Assembly: GCA_965198235.1 (NCBI GenBank)
Contig: OZ240248.1
Span: 1,056,001-1,120,000 of the forward strand
Length of the DNA stretch: 64,000 nucleotides
Source: Candidatus Poribacteria bacterium
GTDB lineage: Bacteria; Poribacteria; WGA-4E; WGA-3G
Direction: 5' to 3'
In this document: positions 20,232-30,502 of the stretch, one piece after another
Numbering within the stretch: the stretch's first letter is position 1
How the letters are laid out: every line of letters begins with the position of its first letter
The notes under the pieces: generated by a model
Told to the model about the DNA's origin: nothing
Database searches by the model: none
The model's input: only the letters and a program-made list of their open reading frames with translations
Translations under genes and position numbers: made by a program

Positions 20232-20577
20232 TAATTTTTCCCAGATAGTTGTCCATATCTCGCTGATTGGTTGCATTATACAGTTGGTGAACGCTGCGCT
20301 TCTGCTTGTTTTTAAGGACATAGAAGGGGTCAAAAGCGCGGCAGACTTAAAAATGATTCCTGGATTGCATCTGCTGTTTGCTTCCGTGTTAGGGGGGCAG
20401 GTGAACCCTAAAATAATGATGTTTCTCAGTCATATCAACCCGTTGAGCTTGTGGCTAATCGCAGTGACAGCAATAGCAATCGCGGTACTTGCCGATATGG
20501 AAAAAAACAGAGCCCGTGTCGCGGCAGTAATTCTGTGGGTAATCAGTATTCTGCCTGAGGTCGTGTTTGCCACCTGA
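20232..20577 (+). pseudogene. C-terminal fragment of a Yip1-like membrane protein
   Basis: Hydrophobic ORF with LSHINPLSLW; no clear RBS or start; begins directly after a truncated GTAG repeat. Confidence 0.4.
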
Positions 20578-20642
20578 GCATCGAAATTATGAAAGAGAGT
20601 TGGTAGAATCTTATGGATCATGAATGATGTAGGTGGAGGAAA

Positions 20643-23600
20643 ATGATGAATACAAGAGAAGGTTACGCAGGATTACAAGCGAGAATTTTGGATGCGCGAC
20701 GCGTGTGGAAACGGAGCCTCTTCTGGACGGGGTTTGCTATTGTCCTGACGGGTGTTATCGTTTTACTGGTGGGTGAAGCCATAGTTGATTGGCTGATGCC
20801 GCTCCCAAATGCTATACGTATCGCTTTATTGGCTATCGGGGCAGGTGTTATCGGTTACCTGCTGTATAAGTATCTCGTTCAACCGCTCCGGGCATCGCTC
20901 ACGCTTCGTGATATCGCCCTCAACGTTGAGAGAAACCATCCGAACCTTGAAGATAGATTGGTGAGTGCCATCGAATTCGGAAACCGCGAATCGGCGGATC
21001 CGATTGAAGCACACATGCTCCAACGCTTGCTTGAGGATACCATTGATCGGGTGAAAGGCATCAATTTCAAAGCAACGATCGATCACAGTCGCACCCGTAA
21101 GCATGTTGGCATTGCTGCTTTGGTTGTTGTCGGTTGTGCTATCCTTTCACTGTTGTTTCCGACAGAAATCCATACGAGCCTGCTCCGTGTACTGGTCCCT
21201 TGGGAGAAAACGGATCCGATTTTGACAACCAAACTCGCTGTTGAGCCAGGAAATGCGCGTATCCTCCGCGGCAAGAGTCTACCGATTCATGTCACTGTCA
21301 CCGGTAAATCTGCTGAAAAGGTCGTCTTGACGTATAGAGATATTGGCGCGCAGCAACCCTCCGCATCCGAAATCAAGAAAGCCGAACAACAGATTAACAT
21401 GTTGCAAAACCCGGACGATAAACGCGGGTTTGCCTATGAAATTTTCAACATTGATGCCGATATGGAATACTATGTCGTTGCAAACGAGGCGACTTCAGAA
21501 CGCTACACGGTTGAAGTCTTTGAAATGCCAAAGGTGACTGAAATTTCGGTCGCTTACACTTACCCTGATTATACGGGTCTTAAACCTGTTGTGCAAACAG
21601 GAACAGGAGATATTCATGCTGTCGTCGGCACGCAAGCAGAAATAAGACTTACGACGAACAAAGCTATTCAAACTGCAACGTTCTCCCGTAAAACTGATGG
21701 GGTGGACGACTTACAGGTTTCCACTACTGAGGAGTTGGGCGCGACACCAGAACCTGTTTCAGCCCAAATGGCTATCTCTGGTGGAAACACGCTTACGACC
21801 ACTATAGATGTTGTTGAAGACGGAAGTTATGCCATTCAGCTGCTATGTATTGATGGATTCAACAACGAGATACCGATCGAATACACGATCAAAGCCATTC
21901 CAGACGCTATTCCAGAAGTCGTTATTAAAGAACCCGGTCGAGATGTGAAAGCTACAAAATTAGATGAGGTGGAAATCATCGCTGAAGCAACAGATGACTA
22001 CGGCGTTGCAGAATTGAAACTCATGTATCGCGTCGGATCCGATGCATTGCAGGAACTCGTGATGGAATCCTCCGTTGCCACTCCGATTGTAGGATCCGGA
22101 TCTGGTGCTGACCCCCGTCACGTTGCAGACGGCACCTATACCTTCTATCTGGAGGAATTTGATGTTGAACCGGGGGATATTATCTCCTACTACGCGCACG
22201 CTATCGATAACAACACACGCACCGGTCCCGGTGAAGCCAGTAGCGACATTTACTTCATTGAAATCCGTCCCTTTAATGAAAATTTCCAAGAAGGAGAAGG
22301 TGAACCTGGAGAGGCTGAACCCAATCCACTTTCGGGGGTAATTAGCTCCCAGAAGGAAATTATCCGAGAGACATCGAAGCACATTCGCTCGAAACCTGTA
22401 ACGGTTACCGAGAAATATCAGGCTGTCGTTAGGAAAACGGGTGAAAAACAAACCGAACTAAAGGATAAGACACAACGAGTTGTAGATGAATTTAGTGCTG
22501 CGATGCAAATGCACTCGGGAGTTTCGCCCGAAATCTTAATGAACTTAGAGGATGCGATAGACAGAATGGGTGAAGCGAGTGGTAGTTTGAACGCTGTCCG
22601 TCCTGATGAGGCAATTCCGCCGGAACAGGAAGCACTTGAATTGCTGATTAAAGTTAGTCTTGAGCTTCCCAAGGTGCTGATGCAGATGCGGAATAATAAT
22701 CCGCAACTCGCTGAGGACCTTGAACTTGAAATGGAGGAGTTGCAAAGCGAGCTTGAGAATCAGCAGAACGAACTCGACATGGATATGCAGGAGCAGACGC
22801 AGGAGATGTTGGATCAAGCGCGTCAGATGTTAGGGGAACAGCAGCAACTGAGTCAACAAAGTCAGCAGTTAGGGCGTGAAAGCCAACCCGCGCCGAGTGA
22901 GATGCAGCAGAACAGCCAACAACAGGAACAGCTGGCACAACAAGCACAACAGATGGAACAGCAACTCAACACCATGCAACAAAGTGGACAAGGCACCCAA
23001 GGGCAACGCTTAAACCAAGCTGGACAGGCGATGCAACAGGCGGGTGAACAGATGGAGGAAGCCGCGCAGGGTATGCAACAGGAAGAACCGCAACTGAGTG
23101 CCGCCAAGGGACAAAAAGCGGAAGAAAGACTTGGGGAAGCCATTGAACAGTTAGAAAAGGTCGCCGCGGAATACACAGATGTTGCGCTTGATAGAGCCTC
23201 TCAACAACTTGAGCAGTTGACAGAAGCGCAATCCGATGTTCAGCAGCAGACACAGGAACTCAGAGGCCGTTCTCAGCAATCAGAGATGCGCCCTGAAGAT
23301 TTCCGAAAAGCGTCTGAGCTTGCCAATCAGCAGCGCGAGCTTCAACGCAATCTGGAGGCACTTGAGCGCACGCTGAGAGACATCCAGGAGCAACTCACTC
23401 AAGACAATCCGGAGGCAGCCCAAAATGTAGCTGATGCGACAAGACGTCTCGCTGAAGAGCAGACTGCGGGAGATATGGCGACTGCACAACGTGCCTTGCA
23501 ATGGCGTAGTTTCCGAGCCGCTGACCAGAATCAGCAAGAAGCCTTAGATACATTGGAGCAGACACAAGGGGATCTGCAGCAAGCGCGAGCCAATATGGCG

Positions 23601-24116
23601 AATACCGAAGAAGAGCAACTTGAAGCTGCACTTGAACAACTCCAACAAACTCGGGAACGGATGCAGGACATCCAACGCGAACTTCAAGCGATGGAAGGTC
23701 AGGAGCAGACGGAGGAACAGCAGCGTCGGCGGGAACAACTCGCGCAACAACAGCAGCAGATTCAAGAGCAGATGCAACGCGCACAAGAAGCGATGCAAAG
23801 GCAGAGTGGGAACCAACCCGGCTCCGATGAACCCGCAGATCAGGAAGCCCGGGCAGGGGGCAGGGAGTCAGACAGGGAGATTGATAGGCTCTGGCTCGGC
23901 ATGCTTGATACAATGGACTACCGACCCGGAAATCGCTCAAATCCATTTCCTAAATACGAATTCGTTATTAGAGACCTCGGTAAGTTGGAGACCGCACTCG
24001 AAGAGCGGCTTAACACACTTCAGGAGAAAAAACGGCTCGCTCAGGTCACAAAAGAAGATGTCCCGCCTGAGTACCGCAGGCTCGTTGATGATTACTATGA
24101 GTCTTTGTCGCAGTAG
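20643..24116 (+). CDS. Large membrane-anchored, Ig-like and Gln-rich coiled-coil protein (DUF4175-like)
   Basis: 3 TM helices, LEDRLVSAIEF, YPDYTG, ATDDYGV, Q/E-rich coil, C-terminal VPPEYRRLVDDYYESL. Confidence 0.75.
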   Translation: MMNTREGYAGLQARILDARRVWKRSLFWTGFAIVLTGVIVLLVGEAIVDWLMPLPNAIRIALLAIGAGVIGYLLYKYLVQPLRASLTLRDIALNVERNHPNLEDRLVSAIEFGNRESADPIEAHMLQRLLEDTIDRVKGINFKATIDHSRTRKHVGIAALVVVGCAILSLLFPTEIHTSLLRVLVPWEKTDPILTTKLAVEPGNARILRGKSLPIHVTVTGKSAEKVVLTYRDIGAQQPSASEIKKAEQQINMLQNPDDKRGFAYEIFNIDADMEYYVVANEATSERYTVEVFEMPKVTEISVAYTYPDYTGLKPVVQTGTGDIHAVVGTQAEIRLTTNKAIQTATFSRKTDGVDDLQVSTTEELGATPEPVSAQMAISGGNTLTTTIDVVEDGSYAIQLLCIDGFNNEIPIEYTIKAIPDAIPEVVIKEPGRDVKATKLDEVEIIAEATDDYGVAELKLMYRVGSDALQELVMESSVATPIVGSGSGADPRHVADGTYTFYLEEFDVEPGDIISYYAHAIDNNTRTGPGEASSDIYFIEIRPFNENFQEGEGEPGEAEPNPLSGVISSQKEIIRETSKHIRSKPVTVTEKYQAVVRKTGEKQTELKDKTQRVVDEFSAAMQMHSGVSPEILMNLEDAIDRMGEASGSLNAVRPDEAIPPEQEALELLIKVSLELPKVLMQMRNNNPQLAEDLELEMEELQSELENQQNELDMDMQEQTQEMLDQARQMLGEQQQLSQQSQQLGRESQPAPSEMQQNSQQQEQLAQQAQQMEQQLNTMQQSGQGTQGQRLNQAGQAMQQAGEQMEEAAQGMQQEEPQLSAAKGQKAEERLGEAIEQLEKVAAEYTDVALDRASQQLEQLTEAQSDVQQQTQELRGRSQQSEMRPEDFRKASELANQQRELQRNLEALERTLRDIQEQLTQDNPEAAQNVADATRRLAEEQTAGDMATAQRALQWRSFRAADQNQQEALDTLEQTQGDLQQARANMANTEEEQLEAALEQLQQTRERMQDIQRELQAMEGQEQTEEQQRRREQLAQQQQQIQEQMQRAQEAMQRQSGNQPGSDEPADQEARAGGRESDREIDRLWLGMLDTMDYRPGNRSNPFPKYEFVIRDLGKLETALEERLNTLQEKKRLAQVTKEDVPPEYRRLVDDYYESLSQ

Positions 24117-24338
24117 TTGGCTGTCAGTAGCCAACAGCCAGTTGTCAGTAGTTTGTGTGGCAGTTACTATCATTATTTCCTGCTACAATGCTCTCTTGAT
24201 GGCTATTCATGACCCAAACCCAGTTGACTTCATTGGAGACCACCGTGAAACATGGTGGAACGGTTTAACCATCAACTCGACTCCGTTATAAATGTTAAAG
24301 CACGAGTTGATGGTTAACAGATTTAATAATTTAAAAAC

Positions 24339-25151
24339 ATGGAACTTGAGACTAAGAATATCATTAAACCCGGCGAACTCGTCAATCTGAACGATTACGC
24401 ACCCGATTTCACGGGGGCTTATGAAAAAAAAGGTCAAACGAAGCGCAGGCTGAAAAAACTCCATAAGCAACTCCTGAAACTTCAGGAACTGCTTTACGCT
24501 GAAAATCAGCATGCCCTTCTCATCATTCTGCAAGGCATGGATACATGTGGTAAAGATGGCACCATTCGGAGGGTAATGGCTGGTATCAACGTCCAAGGAT
24601 GCGATGTTGTTAGTTTTAAAGTCCCTTCTGCGGATGAACTTTCCCGTGATTTCTTATGGCGTGCCCATAGAGCCGTTCCACCGAAAGGGAAAATCGGTAT
24701 ATTTAACCGTTCGCATTATGAAGATGTCCTCGTTGTTCGGGTACATAATTTAGTGCCAGAGGAGATCTGGTCGCAGCACTATCAGCAGATCAACGATTTT
24801 GAGAAGATGCTCGTTGAAAGTGGAACGGTCGTCCTGAAATTTTTCCTTCACATCTCAAAAGATGAACAGAAAGCGCGTCTTGAATCTCGGATTAGCGATC
24901 CGACGAAACATTGGAAAGTCGAGGAATCCGATGTTCGGGAACGTGCCTATTGGGATGATTATATGCAAGCGTACGAAGTGATGCTCGAAAAGTGTAGTAC
25001 CGACTGGGCACCTTGGTATGTAATTCCCGCGAATAACAAGTGGTATCGGAACCTCGTTATCACGGAGTGTGTCGTTGAGACGCTCAGAAAACTGGACATG
25101 AGGTATCCCGAACCTGCTGTTGATATTACCAAATTCACGATTGGGGATTGA
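24339..25151 (+). CDS. ppk2: Polyphosphate kinase 2 family protein
   Basis: LQGMDTCGKDG, FNRSHYEDVL, LKFFLHISKDEQ, APWYVIPA. Confidence 0.9.
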   Translation: MELETKNIIKPGELVNLNDYAPDFTGAYEKKGQTKRRLKKLHKQLLKLQELLYAENQHALLIILQGMDTCGKDGTIRRVMAGINVQGCDVVSFKVPSADELSRDFLWRAHRAVPPKGKIGIFNRSHYEDVLVVRVHNLVPEEIWSQHYQQINDFEKMLVESGTVVLKFFLHISKDEQKARLESRISDPTKHWKVEESDVRERAYWDDYMQAYEVMLEKCSTDWAPWYVIPANNKWYRNLVITECVVETLRKLDMRYPEPAVDITKFTIGD

Positions 25152-25154
25152 AAT

Positions 25155-25385
25155 TTTTAATTATACCTTGCGGTTCGATAAGACGTGTTTGGATATTGAC
25201 GTGCCTTTCCGTATATCTGAAGAAACGCCCAAGCAAAAACCCCTCTGCTACGCTACGGGCTACCACAATTTTGGTTTAATGTTTCCAAGACAAAAGAAAC
25301 GTCAAAATTCCCAAACATAGTCGAGACTTAACCGAAAACCTGCCCGTAATGTAATGGAGGGCAGCCCAGGAGCAATAAATTAAAA
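25155..25385. repeat. Composite of repeat families A and B with CCCAAGCAAAAAC insert
   Basis: TTTTAATTATACCTTGCGGTTCG..., GAAACGCCCAAGCAAAAACCC, ACTTAACCGAAAACCTGCCCGTAATGTAATGGAGGG. Confidence 0.7.
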
Positions 25386-25386
25386 A

Positions 25387-26166
25387 ATGCTTTCAAAACA
25401 GCAGTTATCGCAATTTGAAGAAGAAGGCTATTTACTGCTTTCCGGCTTGATGCCGCAAGAGACTGTCACAAAAGCGGAGGAAGCGATGTGGCACATGATG
25501 GGCATGGATGCGGATAATCCAGATTCATGGGCGCATTTCAAACGTCCGCCCCTCTCCGGCTTTTATATGCAGGAGATGGCAAATGGTAAGCGAATTGAAC
25601 TTTTCGGCGTTACCCATCTGGATGTATTCGCGTGTTGCACGCCTGATTATCTCACCGTCCTCAAACAACTCACATCCCGCTACCCAGAAATTCCCCATTG
25701 TGGGGGTCAGTCTCCTGATGGCATCTGGGCACTCAATCAATTCCCCGTTTCAGCCGAATGGAAAAGTCCATCACCGCACTTGGATGGCGATTTTCGGGAT
25801 TTTCGGCTGGATCCCGGGACATTTCGGGCAACCAGTTTGACCTACCTCACCGATGCGAATTCACACGGTGGAACGACATTTATATGGCCCGAAGGTCCGC
25901 AACGGATTCGAGCGTTCCGTAAGGAAAATCCGGAATTCTCCAACCATGTCCGTGATGTCCGCGCCCACTTTCCAGAGCTGGATTTAGGCGAACCGATGGA
26001 AGTTGTTGCGAAACAGGGGGATGTGCTATTTTTTCACCACCTGCTACCGCATTCTGGAACAATCAATGTTGGGGATTCCGCGCGCTTCGCGATCCGATAT
26101 ATGTGCTTGTGCCTCGCCTGTCGCAAGTGGGAGAAGAAAGGGGAGTGGAACATCTGGATGCCATAA
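25387..26166 (+). CDS. Phytanoyl-CoA dioxygenase (PhyH) family protein
   Basis: FEEEGY, PHLD, GDVLFFHHLLPHSG, R. Confidence 0.85.
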   Translation: MLSKQQLSQFEEEGYLLLSGLMPQETVTKAEEAMWHMMGMDADNPDSWAHFKRPPLSGFYMQEMANGKRIELFGVTHLDVFACCTPDYLTVLKQLTSRYPEIPHCGGQSPDGIWALNQFPVSAEWKSPSPHLDGDFRDFRLDPGTFRATSLTYLTDANSHGGTTFIWPEGPQRIRAFRKENPEFSNHVRDVRAHFPELDLGEPMEVVAKQGDVLFFHHLLPHSGTINVGDSARFAIRYMCLCLACRKWEKKGEWNIWMP

Positions 26167-26191
26167 TGAAGACTTGATGGAGGAATGAAAG

Positions 26192-26941
26192 ATGATTCAA
26201 GATAGACGGACTCCCTTTTGCAAATATGTCTTGTTGACTTTCGTCATTGTTTTGAGCTTCGCTATTGTGAAAACTGCAACTGCACAAGAGGTCTACGCCC
26301 AAACTGGGTTTGAGAAGTTCGCCGTCGGTGACCCGCCACCAGACTGGGAAGTAACAGGTGGCGACTTTGAAGTTACTAAGGACACTGTCAAAACCGACAA
26401 AAAATCACTCGCTATCTTGGGCGGGGGAGATGGCGACGGGCTTGGCGTGCCGATAGAGACCGAGAATCCTATCATTTCGGTTGAATTCTGGATTTATATT
26501 GAGAGTGGTGGTAGGTCTTTCAATGTCAAAGTAGCCTCTGCCGACAACATTGGCGAAAATACCGGTTGCACCTACATCAATTGGGATGCGGATATGGTTC
26601 GCCTCTACGATGGTGCCGCGTGGCAACCCATAGGGGACTTTGAAACCGATACATGGAAATACGTTCGGATTGTTGCGAATTTCGATAAAAGCGAATTCGA
26701 TTTCTCCGCAGGAGACGACAGGAACGATGCTTTAGGTGCTAAGCCAGAGAAAGGGCTCCCTTTTCGGAATGCTGCGCTCGGTCCCGTTGCCAAGTGGGTC
26801 GTTTTCTATGTCTGGGGAATGACAGCCCCCGGTTATGTTGATGATTTACTAATCTATGAAGGGGCGGATCCACTTGACCTTGCCGTTGACCCGAACGGGA
26901 AACTCACTACACTCTGGGGACGCGTCAAGAATGGGTTGTAG
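26192..26941 (+). CDS. Secreted beta-sandwich protein with C-terminal WG tail
   Basis: Signal peptide, GYVDDLLIY; ends LAVDPNGKLTTLWGRVK. Confidence 0.75.
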   Translation: MIQDRRTPFCKYVLLTFVIVLSFAIVKTATAQEVYAQTGFEKFAVGDPPPDWEVTGGDFEVTKDTVKTDKKSLAILGGGDGDGLGVPIETENPIISVEFWIYIESGGRSFNVKVASADNIGENTGCTYINWDADMVRLYDGAAWQPIGDFETDTWKYVRIVANFDKSEFDFSAGDDRNDALGAKPEKGLPFRNAALGPVAKWVVFYVWGMTAPGYVDDLLIYEGADPLDLAVDPNGKLTTLWGRVKNGL

Positions 26942-27092
26942 GAGCGATTTTTAATTTATTGAATCTGGACGTTGCTCCAAATGTAAAGCAAAGACAAATT
27001 ATGCCTTAAACGGCATAATTTCATTCCGCAACGGTTTCCGGTTAAGTCACGACTGGATCTGGGAATCTGTTCATTCACAATTAGACAAGAGC

Positions 27093-27180
27093 ACGCAGCT
27101 TGGAACGTAGTGGAAAGCGGGGCTACGGAAAGGAGCTTTCAAGTCGCAACTCACCTGAACGAACCGCAAGGAAAATTAGA
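27093..27180. repeat. Intergenic repeat family A copy abutting a start codon
   Basis: AGCTTGGAACGTAGTGGAAAGCGGGGCTACGGAAAGG...CGAACCGCAAGGAAAATTAG. Confidence 0.8.
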
Positions 27181-27183
27181 AAT

Positions 27184-28002
27184 ATGAAAAACAGCGAAAC
27201 GGTCAGTCTAACGCCGGCACAACGACTCCACTTCGACATCTACGGCTTTGTGTTATTGGAGAACGTCCTAAACGACGATGAAATTGAGCGTATGAAGGGC
27301 GCGCTCTACAGGATGAAAGCCGATGAGGATCTGGGTGCCAAACGGGTCTATGCCCGGGGAAAAAGCGAACACCATGTACTTTTCGGCAATCTCGTTGCGT
27401 ATGATCCAGCACTATTAGAATATGCCGCGCATCCACAACTCGTGCCGTTGGTTGAGGAAGTAGTGGGAGGTGCAGTGCGTCTTGAGGAAACCGAGGCGAT
27501 CATTAATAGACGTAATCCAGAGATAGAATTGGACGAACTCCACAAACGTCGCTATAACCCGACGGGGTTTCATCGTGGGACGCAACAGGGTTGGGGGACC
27601 TATATGGAACAGAACAAGTTCCACTGCATCTTTGTCAAGACGCTTGCCTACCTCACCGATGTTGGACCTGACGATGGTGGGACGTGCGTTATACCCGGAA
27701 GCCATCGCTTAACGTGGAATCATAACGAAATGATTGAAGCGGCACTCACTGATGACAAACTCATCTACCAAGTCGAAGCATCAGCTGGCTCCGTACTGCT
27801 TTTTGCCGAAGCGTTGATCCACAGTACGACTGCCATCCGTAGCGACAAGGAGCGTGTCATCCTCATCTCTGGGTACACACCGCCGATGGTGCGCGAATGG
27901 CCCGGCAACGAAGTCAGTCCCGAATTTATTGAAACATTGCCGGAGGACATCCGTCCCCTCATTTCAGGAAGCGACAGTTGGCATTGGAGACGGCGATATT
28001 GA
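27184..28002 (+). CDS. PhyH family dioxygenase
   Basis: FDIYGF, FHRG, VIPGSH, GSVLLFAEALIHS. Confidence 0.85.
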   Translation: MKNSETVSLTPAQRLHFDIYGFVLLENVLNDDEIERMKGALYRMKADEDLGAKRVYARGKSEHHVLFGNLVAYDPALLEYAAHPQLVPLVEEVVGGAVRLEETEAIINRRNPEIELDELHKRRYNPTGFHRGTQQGWGTYMEQNKFHCIFVKTLAYLTDVGPDDGGTCVIPGSHRLTWNHNEMIEAALTDDKLIYQVEASAGSVLLFAEALIHSTTAIRSDKERVILISGYTPPMVREWPGNEVSPEFIETLPEDIRPLISGSDSWHWRRRY

Positions 28003-28050
28003 TTTACCGTTTTTCTGGTAGGCGCGCTTCCGAGCGCGTTCCCGCTTCTA

Positions 28051-28773
28051 TCATTGACGTTTGAGTTTTCCCCATGTAATAGCGAGTTTGCCGCTTGGTT
28101 CTACAGGGAGAGTTCCGGGACCGCCGTTCGGAACATTATTTCCCGTAATTTCAATATCATCAAACCGGGCTTGTGCACCTGAGACTTTGAGCCCAGGCTT
28201 TCCACTCTTTATCCGGTTTTGGTCAGTGACAGTGAACACTTCGTCGTCAATTTGAAATTTAAGTCTCCCTCTACTGTCAATAGCGGCAGTGAGGGTGTAC
28301 CATGTATCGAGTTTTGCTGCGAAATCGAACTCGCCCAATGTATCTGCACCGTCTCGGGTCACCTTTGTAATATGGACTATCTCCCACGGGTGCAAAATTT
28401 GACAAGCATAGAAGGAGAGTCTCTCCCACTGCTGATGGAGTACGATTCCTAAGATAGCAGGTTCTTCTTTGGCTTCAACCAATTTGGCTTTGCATGAGAG
28501 TGAATAGTTTCTCCAAGTAAGTTCACCTGTTGCCCATATACTGGGAATAGAATGCCCATGCGCTTCAAGTTCAAACGTTTCGCACACTGCCTCACCCCCA
28601 TCAATCTACCATTTCGCACTTTCGTTGAAAGTGTTAAAGAGTTCCCATTCTTGCGTGCTGTCGTCTTCAAAGGCGTCTGTCCATGTGCCAGCAAAACTCT
28701 GTTGATTAAAGACCATCGCACACAGCACAACATGGAAAAGGCACAGAAAACCTCTGAATTTCTTGAATCTCAT
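28051..28773 (-). pseudogene. Secreted lectin-like (DUF1080-like) protein with TWG tail; in-frame TAG at codon 56
   Basis: ATG 28773 MRFKKFRGFLCLF...SAKW*IDGGEAVCETF...; TAG at 28606-28608; ends PVEPSGKLAITWGKLK. Confidence 0.7.
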
Positions 28774-28825
28774 TGTTTCTTCCTTTCCAATCGTTATAAG
28801 TGGTGTTGATGTGGTGACACTCCGT

Positions 28826-30337
28826 TTATGCTCCCGAAGTCCTCGGCATCCACAACGGTTCCTTCCCCATCTCCGCGAACAGCAGTTTCATCACCAGATC
28901 TGCCTTTAACTCAGCATGTTCAGCGGAATTCCACAGGTTATTAACTTCTCCGGGATCTTCTTGCAGATCGAATAACTCGCCATAGTCTCGGTTATAGTAG
29001 ACGGTGAGTTTATAACGATCCTCAACATAGGTTTTGACGTGTACCGTTGTCGGCTCATGATGGTTTTCGACGATAATATGATCGCGAGCCTCATCTTCTT
29101 GTCCTGACCAGACCGGTACCTGATTTACACCCGTCATCGGTCTGGGAATGTCAATACCAACGGCACTGAGAAATGAAGGTGCTAAATCTACCAACGTCTG
29201 CAACGCCTCCGATTGTCTCCCCGCAGGCACAACGCCCGGATACCGCACAATAAACGGCACCCGAATGACATCCTCGTAGTGGAATGCCCCTTTTGCGACA
29301 AGTCCGTGCTGTCCGTAAAAGTGTCCGTGGTCGGACGTGAAGACAACCAATGTGTTCTCTGCGAGCCCTAATTCATCAAGTTTCGCCAAGATATTCCCGA
29401 TATACTTGTCCATCAAACTCACCATCCCATAATAGACGGCGATGTCTTTGGCGAGTTCATCCCGATCCCGTAAATGCGAGTTAAAGCCGTGTACACCCTT
29501 TCCACTTTCGCGCCAAGCAGAGAAGTCGGGCTTTTGCTGTTGCGTTAGCTGAAAATGCGGTGGGTTGTTATCATGTTCTCCCTCGGTTACGGAAGGCACC
29601 GTCAATGCATCTGGGTCGTACATCGTATCCCATGGCTCTGGCACAAGATATTTTGGATGTGGATCGAAGAAACTCGCCCAGAGAAAAAAGTTTTCGTTAT
29701 TCTGCTGATACGCTTCCATGAGTGCATTGGTCCGTTCAGCAATCCATGTATCGTAATGGTATTCTTCTGGGATGTGCCATTTGCGGTATTGACCGCGGGC
29801 ATTCCCGGTCGGTGGTGCGAAGTAGTCGCGCCAATTTGTGCAGCCATTTTCCTCCATCCAGATAGCATAGTGTTGTCCGACATGTGCTTCATCGGCGTGG
29901 TTACGCGCCAATTCAACGTGTTCAAACCCGTAAAACGGTTCATTGAAACTGCGCCAAAAGTCCAAATCTTGAAGAATCGGATAGGATTCGAGAGACGGAA
30001 ATTCATCAGTTCCGTGGAGCGGTTGAAAATGCGCTTTTCCGACAAGAGCAGTACGGTAACCCGCATCCGTGAAGTCTTCACCGACGGTATGCTCTGCTTC
30101 AGAGAGTTTTGTGCCAAGCGACCATGCACCGTGTTGACTCGGATATTTACCAGTAATAATAGATGCACGCGTCGGTGTGCAGGTGGGGTTCGGGCAGTAG
30201 GCTCTGTTAAAGAGTGTGCCTTGCTGTGCCAATGTATCTAAGTGAGGAGTCTGAATTTCAGGGTTGAGGCATCCCAAGGTATTCCAATGCTGCTGGTCGC
30301 TGGTGATCAGTAGGATATTAGGTCTGGTTTCAGGCAT
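28826..30337 (-). CDS. Sulfatase
   Basis: PNILLITSDQ, CTPTR, GKAH, TSDHG. Confidence 0.95.
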   Translation of the reverse strand: MPETRPNILLITSDQQHWNTLGCLNPEIQTPHLDTLAQQGTLFNRAYCPNPTCTPTRASIITGKYPSQHGAWSLGTKLSEAEHTVGEDFTDAGYRTALVGKAHFQPLHGTDEFPSLESYPILQDLDFWRSFNEPFYGFEHVELARNHADEAHVGQHYAIWMEENGCTNWRDYFAPPTGNARGQYRKWHIPEEYHYDTWIAERTNALMEAYQQNNENFFLWASFFDPHPKYLVPEPWDTMYDPDALTVPSVTEGEHDNNPPHFQLTQQQKPDFSAWRESGKGVHGFNSHLRDRDELAKDIAVYYGMVSLMDKYIGNILAKLDELGLAENTLVVFTSDHGHFYGQHGLVAKGAFHYEDVIRVPFIVRYPGVVPAGRQSEALQTLVDLAPSFLSAVGIDIPRPMTGVNQVPVWSGQEDEARDHIIVENHHEPTTVHVKTYVEDRYKLTVYYNRDYGELFDLQEDPGEVNNLWNSAEHAELKADLVMKLLFAEMGKEPLWMPRTSGA

Positions 30338-30440
30338 ACTGTTTCCTTTGTGTTATATTTATTGTTGAAATCAGCATAGCATCTTGCAAGGAATAATTCA
30401 AGAAGAATGCTGTAGGAGCGAACTCCTCGTCGAAATTCGG

Positions 30441-30469
30441 TTGACATGCCTTGCGAAACGTGTTATTCT
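30441..30469 (+). promoter_or_regulatory. Sigma70-type promoter
   Basis: TTGACA-17 bp-TATTCT upstream of the FRG gene. Confidence 0.55.
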
Positions 30470-30502
30470 TTTAGACAGCATCGTGATTGTAAAGGAAACT
30501 GG

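Noticed and set aside
23395-24291. Long alternative-frame and antisense ORFs over the Gln-rich gene and the sulfatases
   Set aside because: These are shadow ORFs from codon bias, with no motifs or RBS.
9341-28608. Two in-frame TAG codons at apparent Trp positions (HEPN 9341-43; secreted protein 28606-08), suggesting amber recoding
   Set aside because: TAG clearly terminates many intact genes here (8072, 9709, 24116, 26941, ruvA, yebC). Single TGG>TAG transitions in dispensable genes are the simpler explanation.
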